Assembly (NCBI RefSeq): GCF_000143415.4
Contig: NW_003314428.1
Coordinates: 145,584-209,583, forward strand
Source: Selaginella moellendorffii
Taxonomy: Eukaryota; Plantae; Lycopodiophyta
Length of the DNA stretch: 64,000 bases
Reading direction: 5' to 3'
A program made the position numbers and the translations under genes. A model generated the notes under the pieces. It ran no database searches, had not been told where the DNA came from, and saw only the letters and a list, made by a program, of their open reading frames with translations. Shown here one piece after another: positions 47,618 through 58,964 of the stretch. Position 1 is the stretch's first letter, and each line of letters starts with the position of its first letter.

Positions 47618-50600
47618 TAAAGGGTTAGGACTCGAACCCAACCTCCGTATATGCATCTATGGACGGCATCATCTAGGATGCCTGGCGTGACTCCCCACGT
47701 CGGTGCACCAACTTATTCTTAAAGTGTGCTTTAGATCACAACTTAGGAACATAGTTCCTCTGCACTGCCAAGTCCTCTCACTTGACAAGTCTGTGATCAT
47801 GCATGGACTCCTCCATGCTTGGCCCCATGGGCCACCCCTATCAAAGTTAGCACCTTCAACTAGGGGGTTTGTTCCCCTGACTTGCTGATCTTGCTTCGTA
47901 AGTCATCCAACCAACATAACATGGTTTCATGCACAAGCATGAAAGTCTTTGACCATCAACTTTTGTTCAAAGTCATCCCTCTGAACACTCGGGGTCTACT
48001 TCCCCAACGTTGATAGCATTGCCTCATAGCAAGCTTCGATACCACGCTTTTGCTACACCACTCTGATTTCGCATGTTCTATGAACCATTTACCCTTGGCT
48101 TTCTAGGTACTAAGCTACCTAGAATTGTCTTTGGGAACCTTGAAGGAACTCTGTCCCTTAACTTCCTAAGACGTCTCCTTTCGCAAGCTTTCTAATTGCC
48201 ATATGGTTTAACATGGACAATTCCATACTTTAGACTCTCCATGGCATCATGGTTGTTAATAACAACATGCTTAAGCGCCCATTTGATTCTCTACTCCCAA
48301 CTAGTATAACCACCTTAGTTATGCTCTTCAATTCCTATGGTTTGGTTCTATCCCCTTACTACTTGCTTTTGGCCTCACACCTTTGCTTTGGTTATTCTCC
48401 TCTAGACTAGGGGGATAGCTTTGCACTTTCTATCATGCCTTAGCAAGTATTCATAGGGATGAACCTACCCAATAGCCTAAGGAGTGGTTCCTCAATTCGG
48501 GTATGCTCACCTTGTAATCCCACACACCGGGATTAACGTAGGTACTTATGAGCCTTTATATGCCCACACTAGCCTTGCCAAAATTCCATATTTAACTTTG
48601 ACTAATTTGGGTAGACAATCTTCTTTTGTCTCCACAACCTTGGACGTTTAGATAGCACTTTCTATCCATCATTCACTAAGGATTTAATCCCTTGGGCCTT
48701 ATCTATTGCCCTTGCGACAGCAAACACCACCTCCTGGTGTTCTAGAGCATTTGGATGTCTCAATGATGCCCTCTTTGACAATGAGCATTCCCTTTTATGA
48801 TATTGACTTACTATATTGCAACATAAGCAATTTATCCCCTATAAAGGTATATTTAACTTCTTTATGCCAGAAGTCTTAGGTAGCTACCTTCTACCAATTT
48901 AACCAATTATTTTGCACCGTTTGCTTAATTGCCTCATAATTGTCAAGTCCTACAACTCATTGCTAGTGCTTCTACACCTCCATCATTATCTGGGTCACCA
49001 CACTCCAACTGTATGCCTTCTAACTTAGGCTATGCCAATCTTATTTCCATTAGGATTCCTTTGGAAAGGGGTTCTCGTGAACCCATTAACTCACCTTAAG
49101 GCATCACGCCTTGGCACATTTGGTGTCTCCACACCAGCGACTCCACAAACCTACCTTTATGACGTTTCTTACTTGTGTCTAGGTCTTTGCCAAGACTAAT
49201 ACAGTTCTTTCTTATACCAACTATCCATTAGCACTGCAGCATAGAGTTTACACACAACTTTGTGTTAAAGTTGTTATTTTTCTGGGAACACCTTTCCCAC
49301 AACTTTAGTATGGCACCTTCTGCCATCAATGAGATACCCACTATTCTCATACTTGGATCTTATGATCCTCCCCAACTTTCGTGGGGCACAACATACCTTA
49401 GTCCAAATGCTTTTATCAATCCTTTAGGACCATTCCTTGACTCTACTCGAGTCATCCAACATTTTTGGACTTTGCTAATCCTTTGACCGTAAGGCCCTAT
49501 TTTTGAGGTGCTAGCTTGCTAGAATACAACTACATGTAATCCTATTCTACTCATAAGGACCATCTTTGCAAATGTTACTCTAACACTTCATTATTTTTTG
49601 TTCCCTGTGGGCTACCTTTGCCCCTTAGGACTATCCGTCCATATGATGAGAATACCAATTCATTCTCTGAGCACACCCCTAGCTCCTAGGTTGTTCCAGC
49701 ATTTGTTAAAGGTAGTCCCGGCTACCATTTCAAGGACTTATGTCCTCTTCCGTATTTGACCTCCCATGGTCATTAATTTTGATCTCACATTCATGAGCAC
49801 CAAGCTCAACTACATGAGGATAATCTTGTGGCTCATTTATTGCTTTGGAGTCTCTATCTTTCCTGTGATCCCAATTATAGTTGTTTACCACAACTACATT
49901 AACCAGTTTGCTAAATCAAATGCTCATCTGCATCACATCCTCAACTCTTTGATGAAACCTTTATACTGTTCCCAAGATCCCAAAGTCGTTCCCTTACTGG
50001 TCCCTTTTCTATCCACCATATTGCGCACAAGTTCACACATGAACTTGAGTGAGGAGCCATGTCCTCTCGACATGCTACTCCTCAAAGATAGGTCCTTACC
50101 CAGAACCTTCCAATTCCAATACAAGTGGTGATATACTTGGCCAACAATAAGAGTCGGACTAAGGAACAGCTCTGATACCAAATTGTAAGTGACTAATTTT
50201 TCCATTCTACTTTAGTCACTTAATTATACCTCTGACCACTTAGAGGAGTCTCCTTCACAACCTCCATAAGTCCAATTCAGGACTTGGGGCTTGCTCACCC
50301 CGAGAATGGCATCCATACCACTCAACCTTTGCACTTGGTCCAAGTGCTCCATGTGTTTGATCCAATGATCGACACCCCCAAGGCACCACTAACATATCAG
50401 CCTATTACGCTAGGCCTTGCCTATTCACCTAGGTCACATCGGTGGCCCAACACCACCTGCATTGCAATCCTGTCTCTCCAAGACAGGGCCATTTATCCAT
50501 GAGTGGTCATCCTAGATCCACTCCTTAGCAACCTTGGGATGCTTGCAAACATGGGGAATAGCCTTCTCTAATATCTCCTTTCCAGTCTTCACCAAGTCCC

Positions 50601-52669
50601 TTTCTGACCATAGCCGTGTTTGCCAACACTGCCACTGGATCAAGGCCCATAGGCCCGACCACTAAGTCCCACAGTCCTTTGGGACTTCCTCACTGTGTGA
50701 TTGTGTCCTTGATCACCACACTAGAGGGTTGCTCCTCTTCCTTTCCACAGTCTGGGATTTTGGGACAACATTTCAGAACACGGTGGCCCTACGCGAGCCA
50801 CATGGGTACTCTCCCCGCCTTCCGCCTTTGGGTGTTCTAGCCATGGGCTTAGAGCGAGGTTCTGTTGAGCCATGCTGTAAGCAACCAAAGGGAACGACTT
50901 GAGAGATGATCCATGGGGTTCAAATATAGAGGGAAAGGGCTCATGAACAAGAGTGCACCCCCTTTTCCAATTGGTTAAGGGTCTTGGGATATTTGGGGTT
51001 AAGCGTCCTTGGGTTTGAATAGTACTGGGCTGGGTGACCTCCCGGGAAGTCCAAACTCAGGACCTTACATTTGGTATCGGAGCGGTCTCGGGTTCGACTC
51101 TGTTGGTTGGCTTAGGGGAATCGCACCACATGTTGATTGACATCTGGCTGGTCCAGTTTGCTCCCGCTGGGCTCGACCCGAGGGGTAGGGTGTCAAGAGA
51201 GCGAGGCTCTCGGGAGAGCTGCGGCTCTCAGCTTCCGTTCACGAGGGCGTGAACTTGCAGGGAAGCGTGGTGGATTGTAAGCAACCAAAGGGAACGACTT
51301 GAGAGATGATCCATGGGGTTCAAATATAGAGGGAAAGGGCTCATGAACAAGAGTGCACCCCCTTTTCCAATCGGTTAAGGGTCTTGGGATACTTGGGGTT
51401 AAGCGTCCTTGGGTTTGAATAGTATTGGGATGGGTGACCTCCCGGGAAGTCCAAACTACCTGGTATCCAAATAGGTAGTGCCACCCACACTTGGACTAGG
51501 AGCATCGACCATTCGATCTCCTAGGGGAACTAGAGCCGGCTCTTGAATACTTCACCAAGCTACCCCGCTTGTCGGTCCGTGTTCACTCTAGTCTTGGACT
51601 TCCCAGTGGTCAGCTCATCACCCAACACTTGGGTACAGCCTTCCTGGGCCAAACTAGCCTTTCTTGGCCAAACTAGCTTCACTGGGCTCAACCCCCACAC
51701 TCTCCCTACTATTCTTTTGGAACCCCCCACAACATTGGGTTGCTCCTCTTCCTTTCCACAGTCTGGGATTTTGGGACAACATTTCAGAACACGGTGGCCC
51801 TACGCGAGCCACATGGGTACTCTCCCCGCCTTCCGCCTTTGGGTGTTCTAGCCATGGGCTTAGAGCGAGGTTCTGTTGAGCCATGCCTGGTATCCAAATA
51901 AGTAGTGCCACCCACACTTGGACTAGGAGCATCGACCATTCGATCTCCTAGGGGAACTAGAGCCGGCTCTTGAATACTTCACCAAGCTACCCCGCTTGTC
52001 GGTCCGTGTTCACTCTAGTCTTGGACTTCCCAGTGGTCAGCTCATCACCCAACACTTGGGTACAGCCTTCCTGGGCCAAACTGGCCTTTCTTGGCCAAAC
52101 TAGCTTCACTGGGCCCAACCCCCACACTCTCCCTACTATTCTTTTGGAACCCCCCACAATCCCCCCCCCCCCCTCCCCTCCGCCCCTTGGGGACGATTGC
52201 TTTGGGCTTTCACCCAATTGCCTGTATTAGTATTTGGACTCAGACTCGGTCTCAGTCCCGGACTTGGACTTGGACTTGGTCTTGGTCTTGGTCTCAGTCT
52301 TAGTCTCGGTCTCAGTCCCAGTTCCATCTCAGACTCCATCTTGGGTCCATCTTGGTCTCCATCTCGGGTTCATCTTGGGTCCATCTCAGACTCCATCTCG
52401 GGTCCATCTCAGACTCCATCTGAGGTCCATCTCGGGTCTATCTCGGACTCCATCTCGGATCCTCTTTTGTCCCTTTTCTAGAGACTCACTCATTGCTCGC
52501 TTCGTGCTTGTTCCTCCAGCACTTTGTTGGGAGTTCCACTCCCGCTCTTGACCTTTCAAGTCGGAGCTTTTAGTCCAGACATGTTACATTCGTTTGGCTT
52601 TCGCTTTGGCCACTACCACATGGCACCCTTTTAACTGCACTTTGGGGCCTAGGGATTTTGTTTCTCACA
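47618..52669 (-). mobile_element. Truncated LARD copy: 5' LTR-A (50184-52669), tRNA-Met PBS and internal region
   Basis: Reverse complement of ~55165-59480; GCTCTGATACCA at ~50169-50180. Confidence 0.88.
50876..51457 (+). mobile_element. Cassandra TRIM #3 (3' LTR lacks its last ~12 bp)
   Basis: LTR 50876-51069, PBS TGGTATCGGAGC, PPT, second LTR from 51276; 5S cores present. Confidence 0.93.
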
Positions 52670-54127
52670 CCCAGATCCACTCCTTAGCATCATTAGGATG
52701 CTTATGGGCAGGGGGAACAGCCTTCCCCAAGATCCCTTTTTACATTCTCCACCAAGTCCCTTTCTGTCCACTTTCTGTCCATAACCATGTTCACCAACAT
52801 TGCCTCTGGATCAAGGCCCACAGTCTCGACCACCAAGTCCCACTATCCTTTGGGACTTCTCCACTGTGTGACCGTGTCCTTGGTCACCACAACAGAGGAC
52901 TCCTCCTCTTCCTTTCCACAGTCTGGGACTCTAGGACAACATTTCGGAACACCATGGCCCTACGCAGCCTCGTGGGTACTCTCCCTACCTTCCGCCTTTA
53001 GGTGCTCTAGCCATGGGCTTAGAGCAAGGTTCCGTTGAGCCACACCAGGTATCCAAGTAGGTAGTGCCACCCATGCTTGGATTGGGAGCATCAACCATTC
53101 GATCTCCCGGGGGAACTAAAGCCGGCTCTTGAACACTTCACCAAGCTACCCCACTTATTGGTCCGTATTCACTCTAGTCTTGGACATCCCAGTGGTCAGC
53201 TCATCACCCAACACCTGGCCCAGACCTGCTCCATTAGGCTCCAACCCCCACACTCTCCCTACTATACTTTTGGAAACCCCACAGTCCCCCCCCCCCGGGA
53301 ATGATCGCTTTGGGCTTACACCCAACTACCTGTATTAGTATTTGGACTCGGGCTCAGACTCGGGCTCAGACTCGGTCTCGGTCTCGGACTCCATCTCGGG
53401 TCCATCTTAGACTCCATCCCAGACTCCATCCCAACTCCATCTCGGAATCCATCTCAGGTCCATCTCGGGTCCATCTCGGACCCCATCTCAGACTCCATCT
53501 CAGACTTCATCTCGGGTCCATCTCAGGTCCATCTCGGGTCCATCTCGGATCCATCTTAGACTCCATCTCGGACTCCATCTTGGACTCCATGTCGGGTCCA
53601 GCTCGGGTCCATCTCAGACTCCATCTCAGATCCATCTCAGACTCCATCTCAAGTCCAGCTTGGGTCCATCTCGGACTCCATCTCGGATCCATCTCAGACT
53701 CCATCTCGGATCCAACTCAGGTCCATCTCGGACTCCATCTTGGACTCCATCTCGGACTCCATCTCGGATCTATCTCAGACTCCATCTCGGGTCCAGCTTG
53801 GGTCCATCTCGCACTCCATCTTGGACTCCATCTCGGACTCCATCTCAGATCCATCTTGGACTCCATATCGGGTCCATCTCGGATCCATCTCGGACTCCAT
53901 CTCGGGTCCATCTCGGGTCCTCTTGTGTCCCTTTTCTAGAGACTCACTCATTTTTCGCTTCGTGCTTGTTCCTCAAGCACTTCGTTGGAAGTTCCACTCC
54001 CGCTCTCAACTTTTCAAGTCAAAGCTTTTAATCCAAACGTGTTACACTCGATTGGCTTTCGCTTCGGCCACTACCACATGGCACCCTTTCAGCTCCACCT
54101 TGGGGCCTAGGGATTCCATATCTCACA
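52670..54127 (-). mobile_element. Partial LTR-A with long hexamer-derived array
   Basis: Reverse complement of ~55165-56590; terminus ...TCTCACA at 54127. Confidence 0.85.
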
Positions 54128-54534
54128 ATGGATCCTCTCTTAAGTCGTTCTCTTTAATTTCTTACAATCCACTATGGTCTTGTGTAAGTTCACGCCCTCA
54201 TCAACAAAAGCTGAGAGCCACAACCCTCCTAAGAGCCCCCACTCTCTTGACACCCTACCCCTCAGGTCAAGCCTAGCTAGAGTAAACTGGACTTGTTAGA
54301 TGTTAATGAACATGTGGTGCAATTCCCCTAGCCAATCAATAGAGTCGGACCCTCAAGACCCGCTCTGATACCAAATGTAAGCTCCTGAATTTGGACTTCT
54401 CAGGAAGTTTCTTAGCCTAATACTATTCAAACCTAAGGATGTTTAATTTAAGGGTGCACTTATTCATGGGCCCTTTCCTTTTATATTTAAACCCCATGGA
54501 TTGTCTCTCAAGTCATTCTTCTTGGTTACTTACA
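54128..54534 (-). mobile_element. Cassandra TRIM #4 (degenerate, one LTR cut by LTR-A)
   Basis: GCTCTGATACCAAATGTAAGCTCCTGAATTTGGACTTC...; homologous to 37441-37690 and 37284-37479. Confidence 0.85.
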
Positions 54535-55396
54535 AAACTAAAGAAGAGATATTGGGGAAAAGTATTCCCTATGTCTTTAGTCATCCTAAGGATGCTAAGG
54601 TGTGGTCATAGGATGACTACTCATGGACAGATAGCCCCATCTTTGGGAGATGAGACTATGGTATGGATGGTCTTGGATTACTTATGAGGCAAAGGTAAAT
54701 GGATATAACTGTAGTATAATAGGTACCTTTGGGTGTCTATTGTGGGATCAAATATGTGAAGCACTTGGACCAAGTGCAAAGGTTGAGTGGCATATATGCT
54801 ATTTATAAGGCTAGCATATCCCCAAGTTGGGAATAAGACTTATGGAGGTTCTGAGTGAGACTAGGTGTGATTGAGTGATTAAAGTAAAAGGGAAAATTTA
54901 GTTTTTTACAACTTGGTATCAGAGCTGTTGCTTAATCCGACTCGTATGGGTGGTCAAGTATATCACTACTTGATATCAGAACTGGAAGGTCCCAAAAGTG
55001 GATCTATCTTTGAGTAGTATGTTGAAAGGGCATGATTCTCCACTTGAGTTTGTACGTGAATATGTAGGTAGTGTGGTGGATAGAAAGGGGTCAATAAAGG
55101 AACAATTTTGGGATCTTGGGAATAGTAGAAGGTTTTCTTTAAAAAGTTAAGGATGTGATTTATTTGTGAGACACAAAATCCCTAGGCCCCAAAGTGGAGC
55201 CGGAAGGGTGCCATGTGGTGATGGCCGAAGTGAAAACCAAACGAGCGTAACACGTTTGGACTAAAAGCTCCAACTCAAAAGGTTGATAGCGGGAGTGGAA
55301 CTCCCAACAAAGTGCTCGAGGAACAAGCATGAAGCGAGCAATAAGCGAGGCTCCAAAAAGGGACCCAAAAAGGACCAACACATGACACGTGGAAGT

Positions 55397-55918
55397 GTCC
55401 GAGATGGACCCAAGTTCGGGTCTGAAGTGGAGTCCGAGATGGATCCGAAGTGGAGTCTGAAGTGGAGTCCGAAGTGGAGTCCGAGGTGGACCCGAGATGG
55501 AGTTCGAGATGGAGTCCGAGGTGGACCCGAGATGGAGTCCGAGGTGGAGTCCGAGGTGGAGTCTGAGATGGACCCGAGATGGAGTCCGAGATGGACCCGA
55601 AATGGAGTCCGAGATGGAGTCCGAGATGGACCCGAGATGGAGTCCAAGGTGGAGTTCGAGATGGACCCGAGATGGACCCGAAATGGAGTCCGAGATGGAC
55701 CCGAGATGGAGTCCGAGATGGACACGAGATGGAGTCCGAGATGGAGTCCGAGATGGACCCGAGATGGAGTCTGAGGTCGAGACCGAGATTGAGACCGAGA
55801 CCAGAACCGAGACCGAGACCGAGATCGGGACCGAGACCGAGACCGGGGCTGAGGCCGAGACCAAGCCCGAGTCCGAGTCCGAGTCCGAGTCCGAGTCCGA
55901 GTCTGAGTTCGAGTCTGA
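55397..55918. repeat. GAGTCC/GAGATG/GACCC-based tandem array in LTR-A
   Basis: GGACCCGAGATGGAGTCCGAGAT-type units; also at ~61206-61658, 53345-53918 and 52235-52460. Confidence 0.95.
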
Positions 55919-58678
55919 GAGGGTGAAAGCCCAAAGCGTTCGTCTCCCAGACCCGGGGGGTTTGGTGAGCTCCAAAAGTATAGTAGGGGGGGAGGACTGC
56001 AGTGGAGCCAGTTTGGCCAGGAAAGGCCAGTTTGGCTCAGGAAGGCCGGACCCAGTGTTGGGTGATGAGCTGCCCATTGGGAAGTCCAAGACTAGAGTGA
56101 ACATGGACCGACAAGCGGGGTAGCTTGGTGAAGTGTTCAAGAGCCGGCTCTAGTTCCCCCGGGAGATCGACTGGCCGATGCTCCCAGTCCAAATGTGGGT
56201 GGCACTACCTACTTGGATACCTATCGTGGCTCAACGGAACCTCGCTCTAAGCCCATGGCTAGAGCACCTAAACGCGAAACGCGGGGAGAGTACCCATGAG
56301 GCTTGCGTAAGGCCACGGTGTTCCGAAATGTTGTCCCGAAGGCCCAGACTGTGGAAAGGCAGAGGAGTAGTTCTCTGGTGTAGTGACTAAGGATACAGTC
56401 GTGTGGTGAGGAAGTCCCAGAGGACCGTGGGACTTAGTGGTCGGGCCTATGGGCCTTGATCCAGTGGCAGTGTTGGCGAATACGGTCATGGCCAGAAAGG
56501 GGCTTGGTAGGGACCGGAAAGGGGATATTGGGGAGGGCTATTCCCCATGTCTGTGGGCATCCTAAGGATGCTAAGGAGTGGATCGGGGATGATCCCTCAT
56601 AGACGGATGGCCCAGTCTTTGAGAGACAGGACTGTGGTGTAGGTGGTGTTAGACCACCGGTGTGACCAAGGTGAAAGGGCATGGCCTAGCGTAACAAGCT
56701 GGTATGTTGGTGGTACCTTGGAGTGCCGGTCATGGGATTGGACACGTGGAGCACTTGGACCAAGTGCTAAGGTGGAGTGGCATGGATGCCATTCTCGGGG
56801 CTAGCAAGCCCCATGTCTTGAGTTGGACTTATAGAGGTTGTGAATGAGACTCCTCCAAGTGGTCGGAGGTGTGGTTAAGTGACTAAAGTAAAATGGAAAA
56901 ATTAGTCGCTTACATTTGGTATCAGAGCTGTTCCTTAGTCCGACTTTTATTGGTGCTCAAGTATATCACCATTGATGTTGGCATCGGAAGGTCCTAGGAG
57001 TGGGCCTATCCTGGAGGAGTAGCATGTCGAGAGGACATGGCTCTCCACTCAAGTTCATGCGTGAACTTGGGCACAATGTGGTGGATAGAAAAGGGCCAAT
57101 AATGGAACGACTTTGGGATCTTGGGAACAGTATAAGGTCTCCTCAGAGAGTTGAGGATGTGATCCAAATGAGCGTTTGACGCAGCAAACGGGCTAACGTA
57201 GTTGTGATAAACAACTATAGTTGGGATCACGGGAAAGATGTAGACTCCAAAATAATAAAGGAGTTACAAGATTATCCTCATATAGTTGAGGTTGGTGCTC
57301 ATGAATGTGAGACCAGAGGTAATGACCGTGGGAGGTCAAATACAGAAGAGGACTCAAGTCCTTGAAATGGTAGCCGGGGCTACCTTTAATAAATGCTGGA
57401 ACAACCCAAGGAGTTGGGGGGTGTACTTAAACATGAGTTGGTATTCTCATTACATGGACAAGTAGTCATAAGGGGCAAAGGTTGCCCCTAGAGAACAAAA
57501 TCAAGTGTCAGAGTAACACTTATGAAAATAGTCCTTTTGAGTAGGACAGGAATGCAAGAAGTGTATTCCAGTGAGCTAGTGCCTCACAAGTAGGACCTTA
57601 TGGGTCTGTGGATTAACCAAGTCCAAAACTGCTAGATGACTCAAGTAGAGTCAAGAGATGGTCCTAAAAGAACTGATGGAAGCATTTGGACTGAGGTGTG
57701 TGGTACCCCATGAAGGATGGGGGGGGGGATCATAGGATCCAAGGATGAGAACAGAGGGTATCTCATCGATGGCAAAATGTGCCATGCTAAAGTCGTGGGA
57801 AAGGTGTTCCCAACAAGAAAACAACTTTGACACAAAGTTGTGTGTGACCTCTATGGTGCAGTGCTAACGGATGGTCGGTTTGAGAAAGAGTGGTATTGGT
57901 CTTGGCAAAGACTTAGACACAAAGAAGAAGTGTCATAGAGGTAGGCTCGTGGAGCTGATGGTGTGGAGACACCAAATGTGCCAAGGTGTGATACTTTGAG
58001 GCTATGTTGGTGGGTTCATGAGAACCCCTTGCCAAAGGAATCCCAATAGAAATGGGAATGGCATAGCCTAAGTTGCAGAGCATGCAGTTGGAGTGTGGTG
58101 ACCCAGATAATGATGGAGGTGTGGAAGCACCAGCAATGAGTTGTAGGATTTGACAACTACGAGGCAACTAAGCAAGAGGTGCAAAATAATTGGTTAATGG
58201 GTAGAAAGTAGCTACCCAAGCCTTCTTAATGGCATAAGGAAGTGGATATACCCTTACGGGGGATAAGTTGCTTATGTTGCGATATAGTAAGTCAATGTCA
58301 TAAAAGGAAATACTCATTGTCAAGGAAGCCGTCATTGGGACACCCGAACACTCTAGAACACCAGGAGGTGGTGTTTGATGTCGCGAGGGCAGTAGATAAG
58401 GCCCAAGGGACTAAATCCCTAGCGAATGATGGATAGTAGGTGCTATCCAAATGTCCAAGGTGGCGAAGACAGGAGAAGACTATCTACTCGAATTGGACAA
58501 AGCCAAAAATAGAATTTTGGCAAGGCTAGCAATGGGCATGCAATGGCCCGTAAGCAACAACGTAATCCCGGTGTGTGGGATTATAGGGTGAGCATACCTG
58601 GATTGAGGAACCACTCCCTAAGCTATCGGGTAGGTTCATCCCTAAGATACTTGCTAAGGAATGATAGAAAGTGCAAAG

Positions 58679-58964
58679 NNNNNNNNNNNNNNNNNNNNNN
58701 NNNNNNNNNNNNNNNNNNNNNNNNNNNNNNNNNNNNNNNNNNNNNNNNNNNNNNNNNNNNNNNNNNNNNNNNNNNNNNNNNNNNNNNNNNNNNNNNNNNN
58801 NNNNNNNNNNNNNNNNNNNNNNNNNNNNNNNNNNNNNNNNNNNNNNNNNNNNNNNNNNNNNNNNNNNNNNNNNNNNNNNNNNNNNNNNNNNNNNNNNNNN
58901 NNNNNNNNNNNNNNNNNNNNNNNNNNNNNNNNNNNNNNNNNNNNNNNNNNNNNNNNNNNNNNNN
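58679..58964. other. Assembly gap (N run)
   Basis: Run of N. Confidence 1.

Noticed and set aside
53301-56140. Long ORFs on both strands (SISDSISGPSR/LGLHLG/ESEMDPRW repeats; also 60991-61932, 13760-14080, 37559-38068)
   Set aside because: Translations of stop-free hexamer arrays inside LTRs, not genes.
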